From Nitrospirota bacterium (lineage in GTDB: Bacteria > Nitrospirota > UBA9217): a DNA stretch of 64,000 nt. Shown here piece after piece: positions 50,070-59,074 of this stretch. Location: NCBI GenBank assembly GCA_963663225.1, contig OY760142.1, positions 224,001 through 288,000 of the forward strand. The letters run 5' to 3'. The notes beneath the pieces are model-generated. The model made no database searches. It was given only the letters and a program-made list of their open reading frames with translations, and was not told where the DNA came from. The translations under genes were made by a program, and so were the position numbers. Every line of letters begins with the position of its first letter. The stretch's first letter is position 1.

Positions 50070-50794
50070 ACATTATCCATGATTCTTACAAACCAACCCG
50101 GCTTCTGCTTGTCCTGAACAATGCCGTCGCCGACAAAATATACTTCCGCATCTGCGATCTTGCTGCTCAGCACGGAATTGTCCATGGCAATATCATCGGG
50201 TCTCACCATTCCCCGAAGTATTAAAATCTGCTTTTCGTTATTGATCGTTATTTCTTTTCTCGATTGCAGGACAAGGTTTCCATTCGGCATGACCTCCACA
50301 ACCTTGGCAGTTATGGTCCCCACCAGCGTTCCAGCCCGTGTTGTATTGCCGTTTCCTGCGAACTCAGTTGCCGCATGACCGCTCGCTGCAGGGATGAAGG
50401 CGTTGCCGCCGCCCCACAGGTTCTTCAGGCCGAAGTTCAGCGGGCTGCCGAAAATGCTGTCTACCCCGACGTCCAACGTTGACGATCCTTTTGTCGCAGT
50501 AACCGCGGTTCCTGATCCTGAAATGCTTTCCGCAACCTTGATGGTCACCAAATCATTCAGCCTTCTTGCCTGAACGTTTTCGTACAGGCCCGCGCGGTCG
50601 GTCCATAAAGAATTGGCAGAAGGACGATGCGCTTTCTCCTGCTGATACACGTATTTTTCAGACGGAGGAGGAAGCTTGGGTGAGAAACAACCCGACAAAA
50701 GTACAGCAAGACTGAACGCGATAACCGTAAACCGCGCCGGACCGGTAAACAATGCCCCTTCTAAAAGCTGTTTTCTATTTTCGAAATTTTTCAT
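50057..50794 (-). CDS. flgH: Flagellar L-ring protein
   Basis: LSGC lipobox, DLVTI, VMPNGNL, GMVRPDDI, VWPF terminus. Confidence 0.95.
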   Translation of the reverse strand: MKNFENRKQLLEGALFTGPARFTVIAFSLAVLLSGCFSPKLPPPSEKYVYQQEKAHRPSANSLWTDRAGLYENVQARRLNDLVTIKVAESISGSGTAVTATKGSSTLDVGVDSIFGSPLNFGLKNLWGGGNAFIPAASGHAATEFAGNGNTTRAGTLVGTITAKVVEVMPNGNLVLQSRKEITINNEKQILILRGMVRPDDIAMDNSVLSSKIADAEVYFVGDGIVQDKQKPGWFVRIMDNVWPF

Positions 50795-50796
50795 AC

Positions 50797-51453
50797 TTAT
50801 AAACCCACCCTAACCGTGCGTTCATCCAGAAGCAGTCCGGTCGTGACTTTATGCGATACGGCATTCAGAACCCTGACGTAGTTCCCCACCTGAGCATTCT
50901 GCTGCAGTTCTCCTGCCGCTCTGATGGTGAATCCCGGAGCTTCGACGACAAGCTGCACTTTCTGGCCTTTTTTCACCTCGGGCGAGTTGGACACCATAAT
51001 ATCCGTTACGACTACGTTTGCGCCAACCCCGCGGGAAAGGCCTTTTCCCACGACATCATCTTCGTTTCGCACCGCGCCTTTTGGTATCCTGGCCGTGTCC
51101 ACTAATGTTGTGTATACGTCTCCCTTCTGAAGAAGCGTGGCCTTGCCGAGTGCCCTGCGGGTCACGACAACGGAATCGAAAGCCTTCACCATGGCGCTCG
51201 CGATGATCTTTTTGCCGCCAGCGTATTTCAGGGTAAAAATTGTCCTGCCTGGGGGCCCCTGCTCGACGACAATCGTCTCCGGGTTGCCGGCCGGCAGTTC
51301 CATATTGCTCCGTAGGTCATCAACTTGCATCTCGGCCCAGGGATAATGGTCCTTGAGATGTGTTTTTAGCATATTCTCAAGCCGTCCTTCGCCTGCGTCA
51401 GCGGACGCGACCAGTACTAGAAATGCAGCGATTATGAAAAAAAGTTTTTTCAT
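50797..51453 (-). CDS. flgA: P-ring formation chaperone
   Basis: Signal peptide, SAF domain, VKKGQKV..VRVLNAVS. Lies between flgG and flgH. Confidence 0.88.
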   Translation of the reverse strand: MKKLFFIIAAFLVLVASADAGEGRLENMLKTHLKDHYPWAEMQVDDLRSNMELPAGNPETIVVEQGPPGRTIFTLKYAGGKKIIASAMVKAFDSVVVTRRALGKATLLQKGDVYTTLVDTARIPKGAVRNEDDVVGKGLSRGVGANVVVTDIMVSNSPEVKKGQKVQLVVEAPGFTIRAAGELQQNAQVGNYVRVLNAVSHKVTTGLLLDERTVRVGL

Positions 51454-51465
51454 GTTTTTGCACGA

Positions 51466-52254
51466 TTATTTCTTCAGGCTGTTCGTCACTTGCAGCATTT
51501 CATCCGAGGCCGAGACAGCTTTTGAATTCATTTCGTACGCCCGCTGGCTGATGATCATGTTTACCATCTCTTCTACCACATTGACGTTGCTCAGTTCCGT
51601 ATATCCCTGGTTTATGGTGCCGAACCCGTCAGTTCCGGGAGTCCCCGTCGCCGCATCGCCGGATGCGGCCGTGGGAGCAAATAAATTTTTCCCGAGCGCA
51701 CTGAGTCCTCCCGGGTTAATAAAACGAGCAAGCTGTATCTGGCCGACCTCGGTAGGCGTGGTGCTGCCCGGCTGGGTAACCGTGATTTTACCGTCAGAAC
51801 CTATCGTTATATTGGTCGCATTTGTCGGAATTGTAATTCCCGGTTCAAGGGCATATCCGTCTGAATTTACAATTTTTCCCGTGCTGTCAAGCTTAAAGGT
51901 GCCGGCCCTTGTATACCCGAGCGTTCCATCAGGCATCGTAATCTGGAAAAAACCGTTCCCTTCGATTACCATGTCGAGTGAGTTGCCTGTGCTGACGAAA
52001 TCCCCTTGGTTGAAAATCTTTGTCACGGCAACAGGTTTGACCCCCAATCCTACCTGAATACCGGATGGAATCTGCAGACTCTCCGCGGATGTGGCGCCCG
52101 GGGCGCGTACTGTCTGATAGATGAGGTCCTGAAAATCAGCCCTGCTCTTTTTAAATCCCGTGGTATTTACGTTGGCAAGATTGTTTGAAATGACATCTAC
52201 GTTCAGTTTCTGGGCCTCCATGCCCGTTGCCGCGATAAACAATGATCGTAACAT
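51466..52254 (-). CDS. flgG: Flagellar distal rod protein
   Basis: [34 protein letters not shown]. Confidence 0.96.
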   Translation of the reverse strand: MLRSLFIAATGMEAQKLNVDVISNNLANVNTTGFKKSRADFQDLIYQTVRAPGATSAESLQIPSGIQVGLGVKPVAVTKIFNQGDFVSTGNSLDMVIEGNGFFQITMPDGTLGYTRAGTFKLDSTGKIVNSDGYALEPGITIPTNATNITIGSDGKITVTQPGSTTPTEVGQIQLARFINPGGLSALGKNLFAPTAASGDAATGTPGTDGFGTINQGYTELSNVNVVEEMVNMIISQRAYEMNSKAVSASDEMLQVTNSLKK

Positions 52255-52255
52255 G

Positions 52256-52963
52256 CTATAGCCTCCCTATCTCGTTCGTAACCTTTGATGTCGCATCATC
52301 AAACGTCTGGATCGCCTTTTGGTACGTTTCAAATTCGCGGAGAGTCTCGATCATGCGAACCATCTCCTTGACGGGTTCCACGTTTGATGCTTCCACATAG
52401 CCTTGCCGTACGCTCGCCTGGGATGCCACGGCTTTTTCATTTGTCGCAAAAATACTGTCTCCTGCCTTTGTCAAACTGTCCGTTTTTTTGAAGTCCACAA
52501 TTTTAATGGTATCTACCTGATCTCCGTTTATGCTGATTTCTCCCTTTTCGCTGATGTCAAGTTTTCCTTCCGGCAATTTTATCGGGCCTTTTTTCCCAAG
52601 CACTTTAGTGCCGTTGAATGCGGTAAGATAGCCATCAGCGCTTCTTTTGAGATCTCCTCGTCTGGTATACCGGTCCCCTTCGAGCGCAATGAAACCGGTA
52701 CCTTCCAGCGCAACATCAAATGGATTTACCGTCTTGATAACGGCACCGTTCGTAAAATCAGTTTTATACTCAGAAAGGGATGTCATCGCCCTGCCATCGG
52801 GACCGGGTCCTGCCGCTTCCAGGGGCATAAGATATTCTTTGAAGGAAACGTTGTCCTTCTTAAATCCCGCCGTATTGGCATTTGCTAAATTCTGTGAAAG
52901 CACTTCAAGCTGCGTCTGCTTGAGTACCGCTCCCGATGTCGCTATGTAGATACCTTTATACAT
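52256..52963 (-). CDS. flgF: Flagellar proximal rod protein
   Basis: [26 protein letters not shown]. Precedes flgG. Confidence 0.9.
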   Translation of the reverse strand: MYKGIYIATSGAVLKQTQLEVLSQNLANANTAGFKKDNVSFKEYLMPLEAAGPGPDGRAMTSLSEYKTDFTNGAVIKTVNPFDVALEGTGFIALEGDRYTRRGDLKRSADGYLTAFNGTKVLGKKGPIKLPEGKLDISEKGEISINGDQVDTIKIVDFKKTDSLTKAGDSIFATNEKAVASQASVRQGYVEASNVEPVKEMVRMIETLREFETYQKAIQTFDDATSKVTNEIGRL

Positions 52964-52978
52964 TTCATCTCCCTATCA

Positions 52979-52994
52979 AGCAAATCACGTGCCA
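52979..52994 (-). promoter_or_regulatory. sigma54 promoter of the flgF operon
   Basis: Minus strand TGGCACGTGATTTGCT (consensus). Confidence 0.9.
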
Positions 52995-53100
52995 TGTATT
53001 TGCGCAGCGCACGCGTGCGATAAATCGCAGTAAAACCGCTGGAATAGAACACGCATATGTCTAACGTACATTTTCTTCAATGCGGCATTCACGTTTTATC

Positions 53101-53133
53101 CGGCAAATTTTTCCTTTCTGGCAATATTTGCCG
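53101..53133. promoter_or_regulatory. Candidate flagellar sigma54-activator binding sites
   Basis: CGGCAAATTTTTCC and palindromic GGCAA-TAT-TTGCC about 110-140 bp upstream of the flgF promoter. Confidence 0.5.
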
Positions 53134-53138
53134 CTCTT

Positions 53139-53519
53139 CTACTGTTGAAGCCCAAGGATTAATTCCACTTCTCCCACGGGGATATGCAGCGTACCGGCAA
53201 TCTCACTTGCCTTCAGACCCCGCTGCTTCAAAATCATGACCTCCTGCTGGCGGGTCATGACGGCCGGCGGGGCTTTTAACGATGGTTTTGCCGGGGCAAC
53301 GGCGGTCCTGCCCTGCACCTGCACCTGTTCGGCTCGCTGGATGAGTTGCGAAAGGGAAGCGATTTTTCTATCCACCGACGCTTCCATTTCGTTCAGCATC
53401 ACGATTTTATTTTCGATTCTTCTAAAAATGATATCGGAGATTTCGCGAATCTCTGCAACTTCAAGCGATAAGCGGTTCATTTCTTTCTCCACGATGTTCT
53501 TCTCTTTTACGGCTATCAT
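53139..53519 (-). CDS. DUF2802-like flagellar-cluster protein (coiled coil + HTH-like C-terminus)
   Basis: EIAGTLHIPVGEVELILGL C-terminal motif. Confidence 0.7.
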   Translation of the reverse strand: MIAVKEKNIVEKEMNRLSLEVAEIREISDIIFRRIENKIVMLNEMEASVDRKIASLSQLIQRAEQVQVQGRTAVAPAKPSLKAPPAVMTRQQEVMILKQRGLKASEIAGTLHIPVGEVELILGLQQ

Positions 53520-53537
53520 AGCTGCTACCCTGTCCTG

Positions 53538-53681
53538 TCAGATTTTTATATCTATTTTCCCCGGCACTTTCTCCGGTTCCTTTTTCTGCTGTTTTGTTTT
53601 TTTCCTCGGCATTGCAGTTGAATGCTCTTCCTTTTTGATAATGGGTGTTTCATACACGTTTTTTGCAGGTTCTATCGGCAT
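53538..53681 (-). CDS. 47-aa small basic protein (not in ORF track)
   Basis: GGAGG RBS, MPIEPAKNVYETPIIKKEEHSTAMPRKKTKQQKKEPEKVPGKIDIKI. Fills the gap between two co-oriented genes. Confidence 0.65.
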   Translation of the reverse strand: MPIEPAKNVYETPIIKKEEHSTAMPRKKTKQQKKEPEKVPGKIDIKI

Positions 53682-53689
53682 ATGACCTC

Positions 53690-54160
53690 CTACGATCTCC
53701 CCCCGCAGCATGTCGCAAGTTCGGGCTTTAGCGCAGTCCCGGACAAGACCACATGCTCATAAAGGCTTTTCGGTCCCTGTTCACGGAAATCCAACTGTTC
53801 CGTTTCCAGTTCATCCAACATTTTCCGAATGTCTTCAAAATAAAATGGCTTCAGCAAAACCTTGATTTTCTGTGCTGCCAGCATCGCCTCCGTATCCTGA
53901 TCAGGCACTGTTCCGGTAAGAAGAACAAATTTTTTCGACAGATCGGCGCACAGTTCTTTCACGTGTTCATAAACGGACAGGCCATTGAAACCCGGAAGTT
54001 GAAGGTCACAAAAAAGCGTCCAATACTGGTTCATTTTTATTTTTTCAATGCCGGCCCGGCCGGAGTGCACGCAGTCAGAGTCATATCCCATTCGCGCGGT
54101 AAAAAGCCTGAGTATTTCTACAATATTCGGCTCATCATCTATAATGAGAATTTTTTTCAT
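53690..54160 (-). CDS. Single-domain response regulator (CheY-like), copy A
   Basis: IIDDE, FCDLQLPG, LLTG, LKPF. Confidence 0.88.
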   Translation of the reverse strand: MKKILIIDDEPNIVEILRLFTARMGYDSDCVHSGRAGIEKIKMNQYWTLFCDLQLPGFNGLSVYEHVKELCADLSKKFVLLTGTVPDQDTEAMLAAQKIKVLLKPFYFEDIRKMLDELETEQLDFREQGPKSLYEHVVLSGTALKPELATCCGGRS

Positions 54161-54221
54161 ATCCTCTAACGTCCCGTCCGGGTGACTGTTTTATGACATC
54201 TATTATTATGAAATGATATTA

Positions 54222-54237
54222 TGCAGGAAATATGCCA
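54222..54237 (-). promoter_or_regulatory. sigma54 promoter of response regulator A operon
   Basis: Minus strand TGGCATATTTCCTGCA (GG-N10-GC). Confidence 0.65.
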
Positions 54238-54514
54238 TGGTATCGGCATACGAGAAAATCAAGAAAGTGCAAAGGATTATGAAAATCTATCTGGAATTTT
54301 CAGCGTGAGAGAAAAAAAGAAAAAGTGTTTTATATATTGTTTTATAATGGTTTTTTTGAGAAGATACAAAAGACCAACACTGCAACAACAAACTGACAGC
54401 AACCGTTTGAAGAAACGGAAAGATTCATCATCCACACGTCAATATTCTGACTATAGAGTATATTTTCGCTTAGCTGGAGACAGAAAATTTGAACTGAGAG
54501 AAACGGGAGGGGTG

Positions 54515-54886
54515 TCAGTTCAACTGCATTTCCAGTTCTTGAAAAACCTGCTTGATGCCGTCAAAATAAAACGGCTTCGGCAAAACCTTGATTTTTTCCT
54601 TCACAACACTTGACTCCGCATGGTCGTCAAGCACCGATCCGGTAAGCAGTACAAACTTCCCGCAAAGAACGGCATCCAGTTCCTTTATCTTATCATAAAG
54701 CATCAAACCGCTCATACCGGACATCTGAAAATCACAAAACACCGCCCAATAGCGGTTGTTTTTTAATCTTTCTATTGCGGACTCACCGGAATGCACGGCA
54801 TCGGATGCATACCCTAACTGTTGTGCAAAGAGACTAAGTATTTCGGTTATGTTAGGCTCATCATCAACAATAAGGATTTTTTTCAT
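54515..54886 (-). CDS. Single-domain response regulator (CheY-like), copy B
   Basis: IVDDE, FCDFQMSG, LLTG, PKPF. Colinear paralog of copy A. Confidence 0.88.
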   Translation of the reverse strand: MKKILIVDDEPNITEILSLFAQQLGYASDAVHSGESAIERLKNNRYWAVFCDFQMSGMSGLMLYDKIKELDAVLCGKFVLLTGSVLDDHAESSVVKEKIKVLPKPFYFDGIKQVFQELEMQLN

Positions 54887-55137
54887 AATGTTACACAATT
54901 ATATCATATGGATCCAAATAATAACAGGGGAAATTTTTCAGATCAGTTATATCAGGATGAAGAGAGAACCAGTGAGAAAATTTTTCCTCTTTCTGAATTT
55001 TTTTCTTACTACAGGCATCCGACCAAATATGCTTCCTGCATTTTCAGAAAATAATTGTGTATCATGCTCGGCAAAAAACAGTCTTTTTTCAAAGCATTCA
55101 CGAAAACCGTCATTCCTTATGCTGTTTAAAAACGAAA

Positions 55138-55153
55138 TGGCACAACGCTTGCT
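55138..55153 (+). promoter_or_regulatory. sigma54 promoter of fliK-flgD-flgE
   Basis: TGGCACAACGCTTGCT. Confidence 0.88.
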
Positions 55154-55167
55154 ATATTGCCAGGCAT

Positions 55168-56631
55168 ATGAACATGACAACTCAACATACCAGCCAAACG
55201 GGATCAGTGACAGCGGGCTCTCACTCCGCAGCATCATATTCCGGAAGGAAGGAAAGCGCAGCTGCAAAAACTGACTTCGATGCGCTTATCGATATGGCTA
55301 CATCCGCACCGAATGCGAAATCTGCATCGCATCCTTCCACCCCGGACAGTCCGGACAGCACTAATAAGGAAATTGCTCCGAAAACCAGTGATGCCACTAC
55401 GAACGATACAACTGAAGCAACGAATGCTCAACCGGCGCAGCAGCCGGCTCAGAATAACGATGCCGGCACTGCAGCATCTGCGGAATCTCAAACAGCGCAA
55501 CAATCGACCGTGCATGATGATCAAACTGTCAGCGATACAAGCGGATTGAATACAGAATCAACTCCGTCATCACCAGACATCGTTGCAGTTATGCTGCAGG
55601 CCTTCGGACAACTGACGGGCCAGAACAGCACGGAAGTTACTCCTTCCGCAGTTACCCCTTCTGCCGGAGAAGAGCGCAGTGATGCAGTGCAGCAAGTCCA
55701 GAACAGTACGCAATCTGCAGCCGTGAAACAGAGCCCGGAAAACAATACAGCAGTTTCCAGTACACAAAACACGGACGATGTCCAGCGCGACACAAAGAAT
55801 GTTTCTTCTGCAACAGAAGTTTCTACTGCATGGCCGCAGGAAAAAATTCAAGCTGTTGCACAGCAAAAATCCTCCCCCGAATCCGATAAACAGATGTCAG
55901 ACAAGAAAGAAGGGGTATTTGCTGCTTCTGCTTCTGCTTCTGCATCAGAATCAGAACAACAGATTGTGGACAATCACACAGCGCCCCTTTCCAAGAAACC
56001 CGCTCTTGCCGAAAAGAACATGAGCGTAACTGCATCTTCCGTCTCCGGAGAAGGCTCACTTCCGAACGAAACAAAAAGCAACCAGGACTCCACCCAAATT
56101 CCGAGCAACACTGTCGAGCAGCAGACAAAGACGGACATTTCTCATCTGGCAAACCAGGAAACAGCCGCACTTCAACAATCGGCGCAAAATACAAAAAATA
56201 CATCCGGCGAGGCAGCGCATTTTGAAAGCACCCTCTCCGCGATACGCACGCAAAACAATTTCGATCCGGCGGAAAATAAAACGACCATCATAAGCACCGG
56301 CAACCGGCTCGCGGTTTCCCTCGAACCGGAAGGTCTCGGGAAGCTCAACATCAATTTAAGCCTTGACCGGGGAATGGTCAATGCACAGATACAGGCAGCG
56401 GACCCCGCCGCAAAGAACCTTCTCGAAAACAACATGCAGCAGATCATGGATACCCTCATGCGGGAAGGATTGAATGTCGGAGGATTTTCCGTATCACTGA
56501 AACACGGCGGGACCGGCGATATGAACGGCCAGGGAACGAACGATTTTGCAAAACCATCCCGAGAAGAGAGCGCAAACATACCAAGCACATATCAAAATGA
56601 TCCGGTCGGCCGGATCAGTATGTTTGTGTAA
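55168..56631 (+). CDS. fliK: Flagellar hook-length control protein
   Basis: Long S/T/Q/A-rich N-terminus, C-terminal LEPEGLGKLNINL...L..LMREGL. Start placed downstream of the sigma54 promoter. Precedes flgD. Confidence 0.88.
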   Translation: MNMTTQHTSQTGSVTAGSHSAASYSGRKESAAAKTDFDALIDMATSAPNAKSASHPSTPDSPDSTNKEIAPKTSDATTNDTTEATNAQPAQQPAQNNDAGTAASAESQTAQQSTVHDDQTVSDTSGLNTESTPSSPDIVAVMLQAFGQLTGQNSTEVTPSAVTPSAGEERSDAVQQVQNSTQSAAVKQSPENNTAVSSTQNTDDVQRDTKNVSSATEVSTAWPQEKIQAVAQQKSSPESDKQMSDKKEGVFAASASASASESEQQIVDNHTAPLSKKPALAEKNMSVTASSVSGEGSLPNETKSNQDSTQIPSNTVEQQTKTDISHLANQETAALQQSAQNTKNTSGEAAHFESTLSAIRTQNNFDPAENKTTIISTGNRLAVSLEPEGLGKLNINLSLDRGMVNAQIQAADPAAKNLLENNMQQIMDTLMREGLNVGGFSVSLKHGGTGDMNGQGTNDFAKPSREESANIPSTYQNDPVGRISMFV

Positions 56632-56642
56632 GAGGAGGCAGT

Positions 56643-57293
56643 ATGTCTATTTCAACAATTGCAAGCGGTACCACCAGCACGGACACAAGCACAACCACGC
56701 AAACCCTGGATAAAGAGGATTTTCTGAAGCTGTTCATCACCCAGCTCAAAAATCAAAATCCGCTCAGCCCCATGGACAGCACGGGGTTTACCTCGCAGCT
56801 GGCGCAATTCAGCTCCCTGGAGCAGCTCACGAACCTTAATAGCAGCATGAGCAGCCTCGTTCAGTATCAGAATTCCCTCCAGAACGTAATGGCGACGAGT
56901 CTTATCGGAAAGGATGTGGAAGCTGCCGGCAATCAAATCGTGCTCTCTGGAACTGCCGGACTCAACTTTACGCTCCCGAGCGCCACGGCAAAAACAACCC
57001 TTTCCATTTACAACTCAACCGGAACATGCGTACGGCAGGTCTCCCTGGGGGCCGAAAGCGCGGGTAACGTGAGTTATACCTGGGACGGGAAAAACAATAC
57101 AGGCGCCACACAGCCCGACGGTCAGTATACGTACACGGTCACTGCCACCGATGCGAAAGGAGCATCCGTGACCGCAACAACATTGATGTCCGGAACGGTC
57201 AGCGGCCTTGCTTTTGAAAGTGGCACTACCTATCTGGTGCTGAATAACGGCACAAAAGTTACCTTCAGCAATATTACTAAAATTGACGACTAA
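56643..57293 (+). CDS. flgD: Flagellar hook capping protein
   Basis: FLKLFITQLKNQNPLSPMD..FTSQLAQFSSLEQ, WDGK. Confidence 0.95.
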   Translation: MSISTIASGTTSTDTSTTTQTLDKEDFLKLFITQLKNQNPLSPMDSTGFTSQLAQFSSLEQLTNLNSSMSSLVQYQNSLQNVMATSLIGKDVEAAGNQIVLSGTAGLNFTLPSATAKTTLSIYNSTGTCVRQVSLGAESAGNVSYTWDGKNNTGATQPDGQYTYTVTATDAKGASVTATTLMSGTVSGLAFESGTTYLVLNNGTKVTFSNITKIDD

Positions 57294-57311
57294 AGAAGGG
57301 GGTATCACAAT

Positions 57312-58592
57312 ATGTTGACCGCATTATATACAGCAGTAAGCGGAATGGACGCAAACGGCGAGTCGCTCTCGGTAATAGGCGACAATATCGCGAACCAGAA
57401 CACAATCGGTTTTAAGTCGAGCAACGTAGCATTCGGCGACATACTGAGTCAATCGCTCTCCGGTGGAGCCGGAAACTCACAGGTCGGACGCGGGGTGAGG
57501 ATGACCAGCGTGACCCCTCTCTTCAGCCAGGGATCGTTCCAAACCAGTGCCAACGGCCTTGATCTCGCCATAGACGGCAACGGATTCTTTATGGTGGCAA
57601 ATCCCAATACCACTGCACGGTCCTATACCCGGGCAGGCCAGTTTTCTCTCGACAGCGACGGGAACATCGTAAACCCGGAAGGGATGCTGCTTCAAGGTTA
57701 TCTTGCGGATACGGCCGGAAATATTTCCGGCACTCTCGGCAATCTGACGGTTGCGGCCGTGCAAAACCCGGCTGTTCAGACGGCCAACACCGATATGTTC
57801 GTCAATCTCAATGCCTCGGCCGGCACTTCTGCTGCGTGGACCTTTGCGGGCGGCACGACAACACCGCCGAGCGATACCCAGTATGAAAACTCTACAACGG
57901 TAACGGTGTATGATTCACAGGGCGGCGCGCATGCAGTGAATGTGTATCTCGCAAAAACAGCAAACAATGCGTGGACCGCGCACTACGTCTACACGGATTC
58001 CACGGGCGTTTACCGGGAGGCGGCGACGACACAGAACCTCACGTTCAATACCAGCGGCGCACTCACGGCCGACAACGATGCCGCAACTACATTTGTCTGG
58101 GGAGGCGGCGTTGCCAACGGCTCTATCACGTTTGATTACGGAGCAAGCATCGCGGAAGGCGGAACAGGACTGGACGGCACCACCCAATACAACTCCGCAT
58201 TCTCAGTCTTGAACATCGTTCAGGACGGCTACGCAGCAGGATCGCTTTCGACGATCGAGATCGGCCAGGACGGAGTCATTACCGGCGTGTTTACCAATGG
58301 CCAGACGAGGGCAGTCGGACAATTGGCGCTGGCAAAATTCATTGCTCCGACCCAGCTGACGAAACTCGGAGGCAACCTGTACGCCGAATCCAGTGGTTCC
58401 GGCCAGGCCATCGTGGGAACACCCGACACCTCCGGGCTCGGCTCAGTGAGTTCGAACAGTCTCGAACTCAGCAATGTGGATCTCGCTGCTGAGTTTGTTA
58501 AAATGATCGCGGCCCAGCGGGGATTCGAGGCCAATTCAAAGATGATCTCGACATCAGACTCGATCCTGCAGACACTGACGAACCTCAGGTAA
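57312..58592 (+). CDS. flgE: Flagellar hook protein
   Basis: IGDNIANQNTIGFK, DLAIDGNGFF, YTRAGQF, QDGY, LELSNVDLAAEF. Confidence 0.96.
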   Translation: MLTALYTAVSGMDANGESLSVIGDNIANQNTIGFKSSNVAFGDILSQSLSGGAGNSQVGRGVRMTSVTPLFSQGSFQTSANGLDLAIDGNGFFMVANPNTTARSYTRAGQFSLDSDGNIVNPEGMLLQGYLADTAGNISGTLGNLTVAAVQNPAVQTANTDMFVNLNASAGTSAAWTFAGGTTTPPSDTQYENSTTVTVYDSQGGAHAVNVYLAKTANNAWTAHYVYTDSTGVYREAATTQNLTFNTSGALTADNDAATTFVWGGGVANGSITFDYGASIAEGGTGLDGTTQYNSAFSVLNIVQDGYAAGSLSTIEIGQDGVITGVFTNGQTRAVGQLALAKFIAPTQLTKLGGNLYAESSGSGQAIVGTPDTSGLGSVSSNSLELSNVDLAAEFVKMIAAQRGFEANSKMISTSDSILQTLTNLR

Positions 58593-58643
58593 AACAGAAC
58601 ATCTGACTGCATAGTATTGATACGCCATAAGTACTCAATTCTC

Positions 58644-58686
58644 CGAGACAGGAGCGGATAACATACCGCTCCTGTCTCGCTTTTTT
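58644..58686 (+). terminator. Intrinsic terminator after flgE
   Basis: CGAGACAGGAGCGG-loop-CCGCTCCTGTCTCG followed by C and a T-run. Confidence 0.9.
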
Positions 58687-59074
58687 ACCATCTGATACAA
58701 ACCAAAATAAATATAAATTTATTTTCTATATTCTATATGTAGAAAAATAGTATAAATGTGTCTATATATAGAAGAATTCACCTGCAATCCTCAAATTTCT
58801 TTTTATAGCTGTCAAGAATCTGACTTCGTTTCTCCTGCCCATTTCCTGGGGAAAAACTCATCCGTCAATAAAACCGAATATATTCAATTTGTTATAATTT
58901 TCAGCATGGAGCCAAGTACAAAAAAAACATGGTATCTATATTGCATTTATTAATAATCAGTGTAGTAACAGATTGATTTTTGACACTATTTATTTGCCCA
59001 AATAGGCTCATAACTGGTTGTTAAACAAGTAAATATTTAATTCAGCTGATGAATGTATAAGCGGGAGGCTCCTC

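Noticed and set aside
55923-55946. (TGCTTC)3 repeat in fliK as a hook-length tuning locus
   Set aside because: Too few units, and expected in a low-complexity linker
59025-59052. sigma28 promoter for the giant ORF
   Set aside because: ACAAG...GCTGATGA is a weak match with off spacing. A sigma70-like TTGACA-N16-TAGGCT at 58980-59007 is equally plausible, so flagellar co-regulation is unproven.
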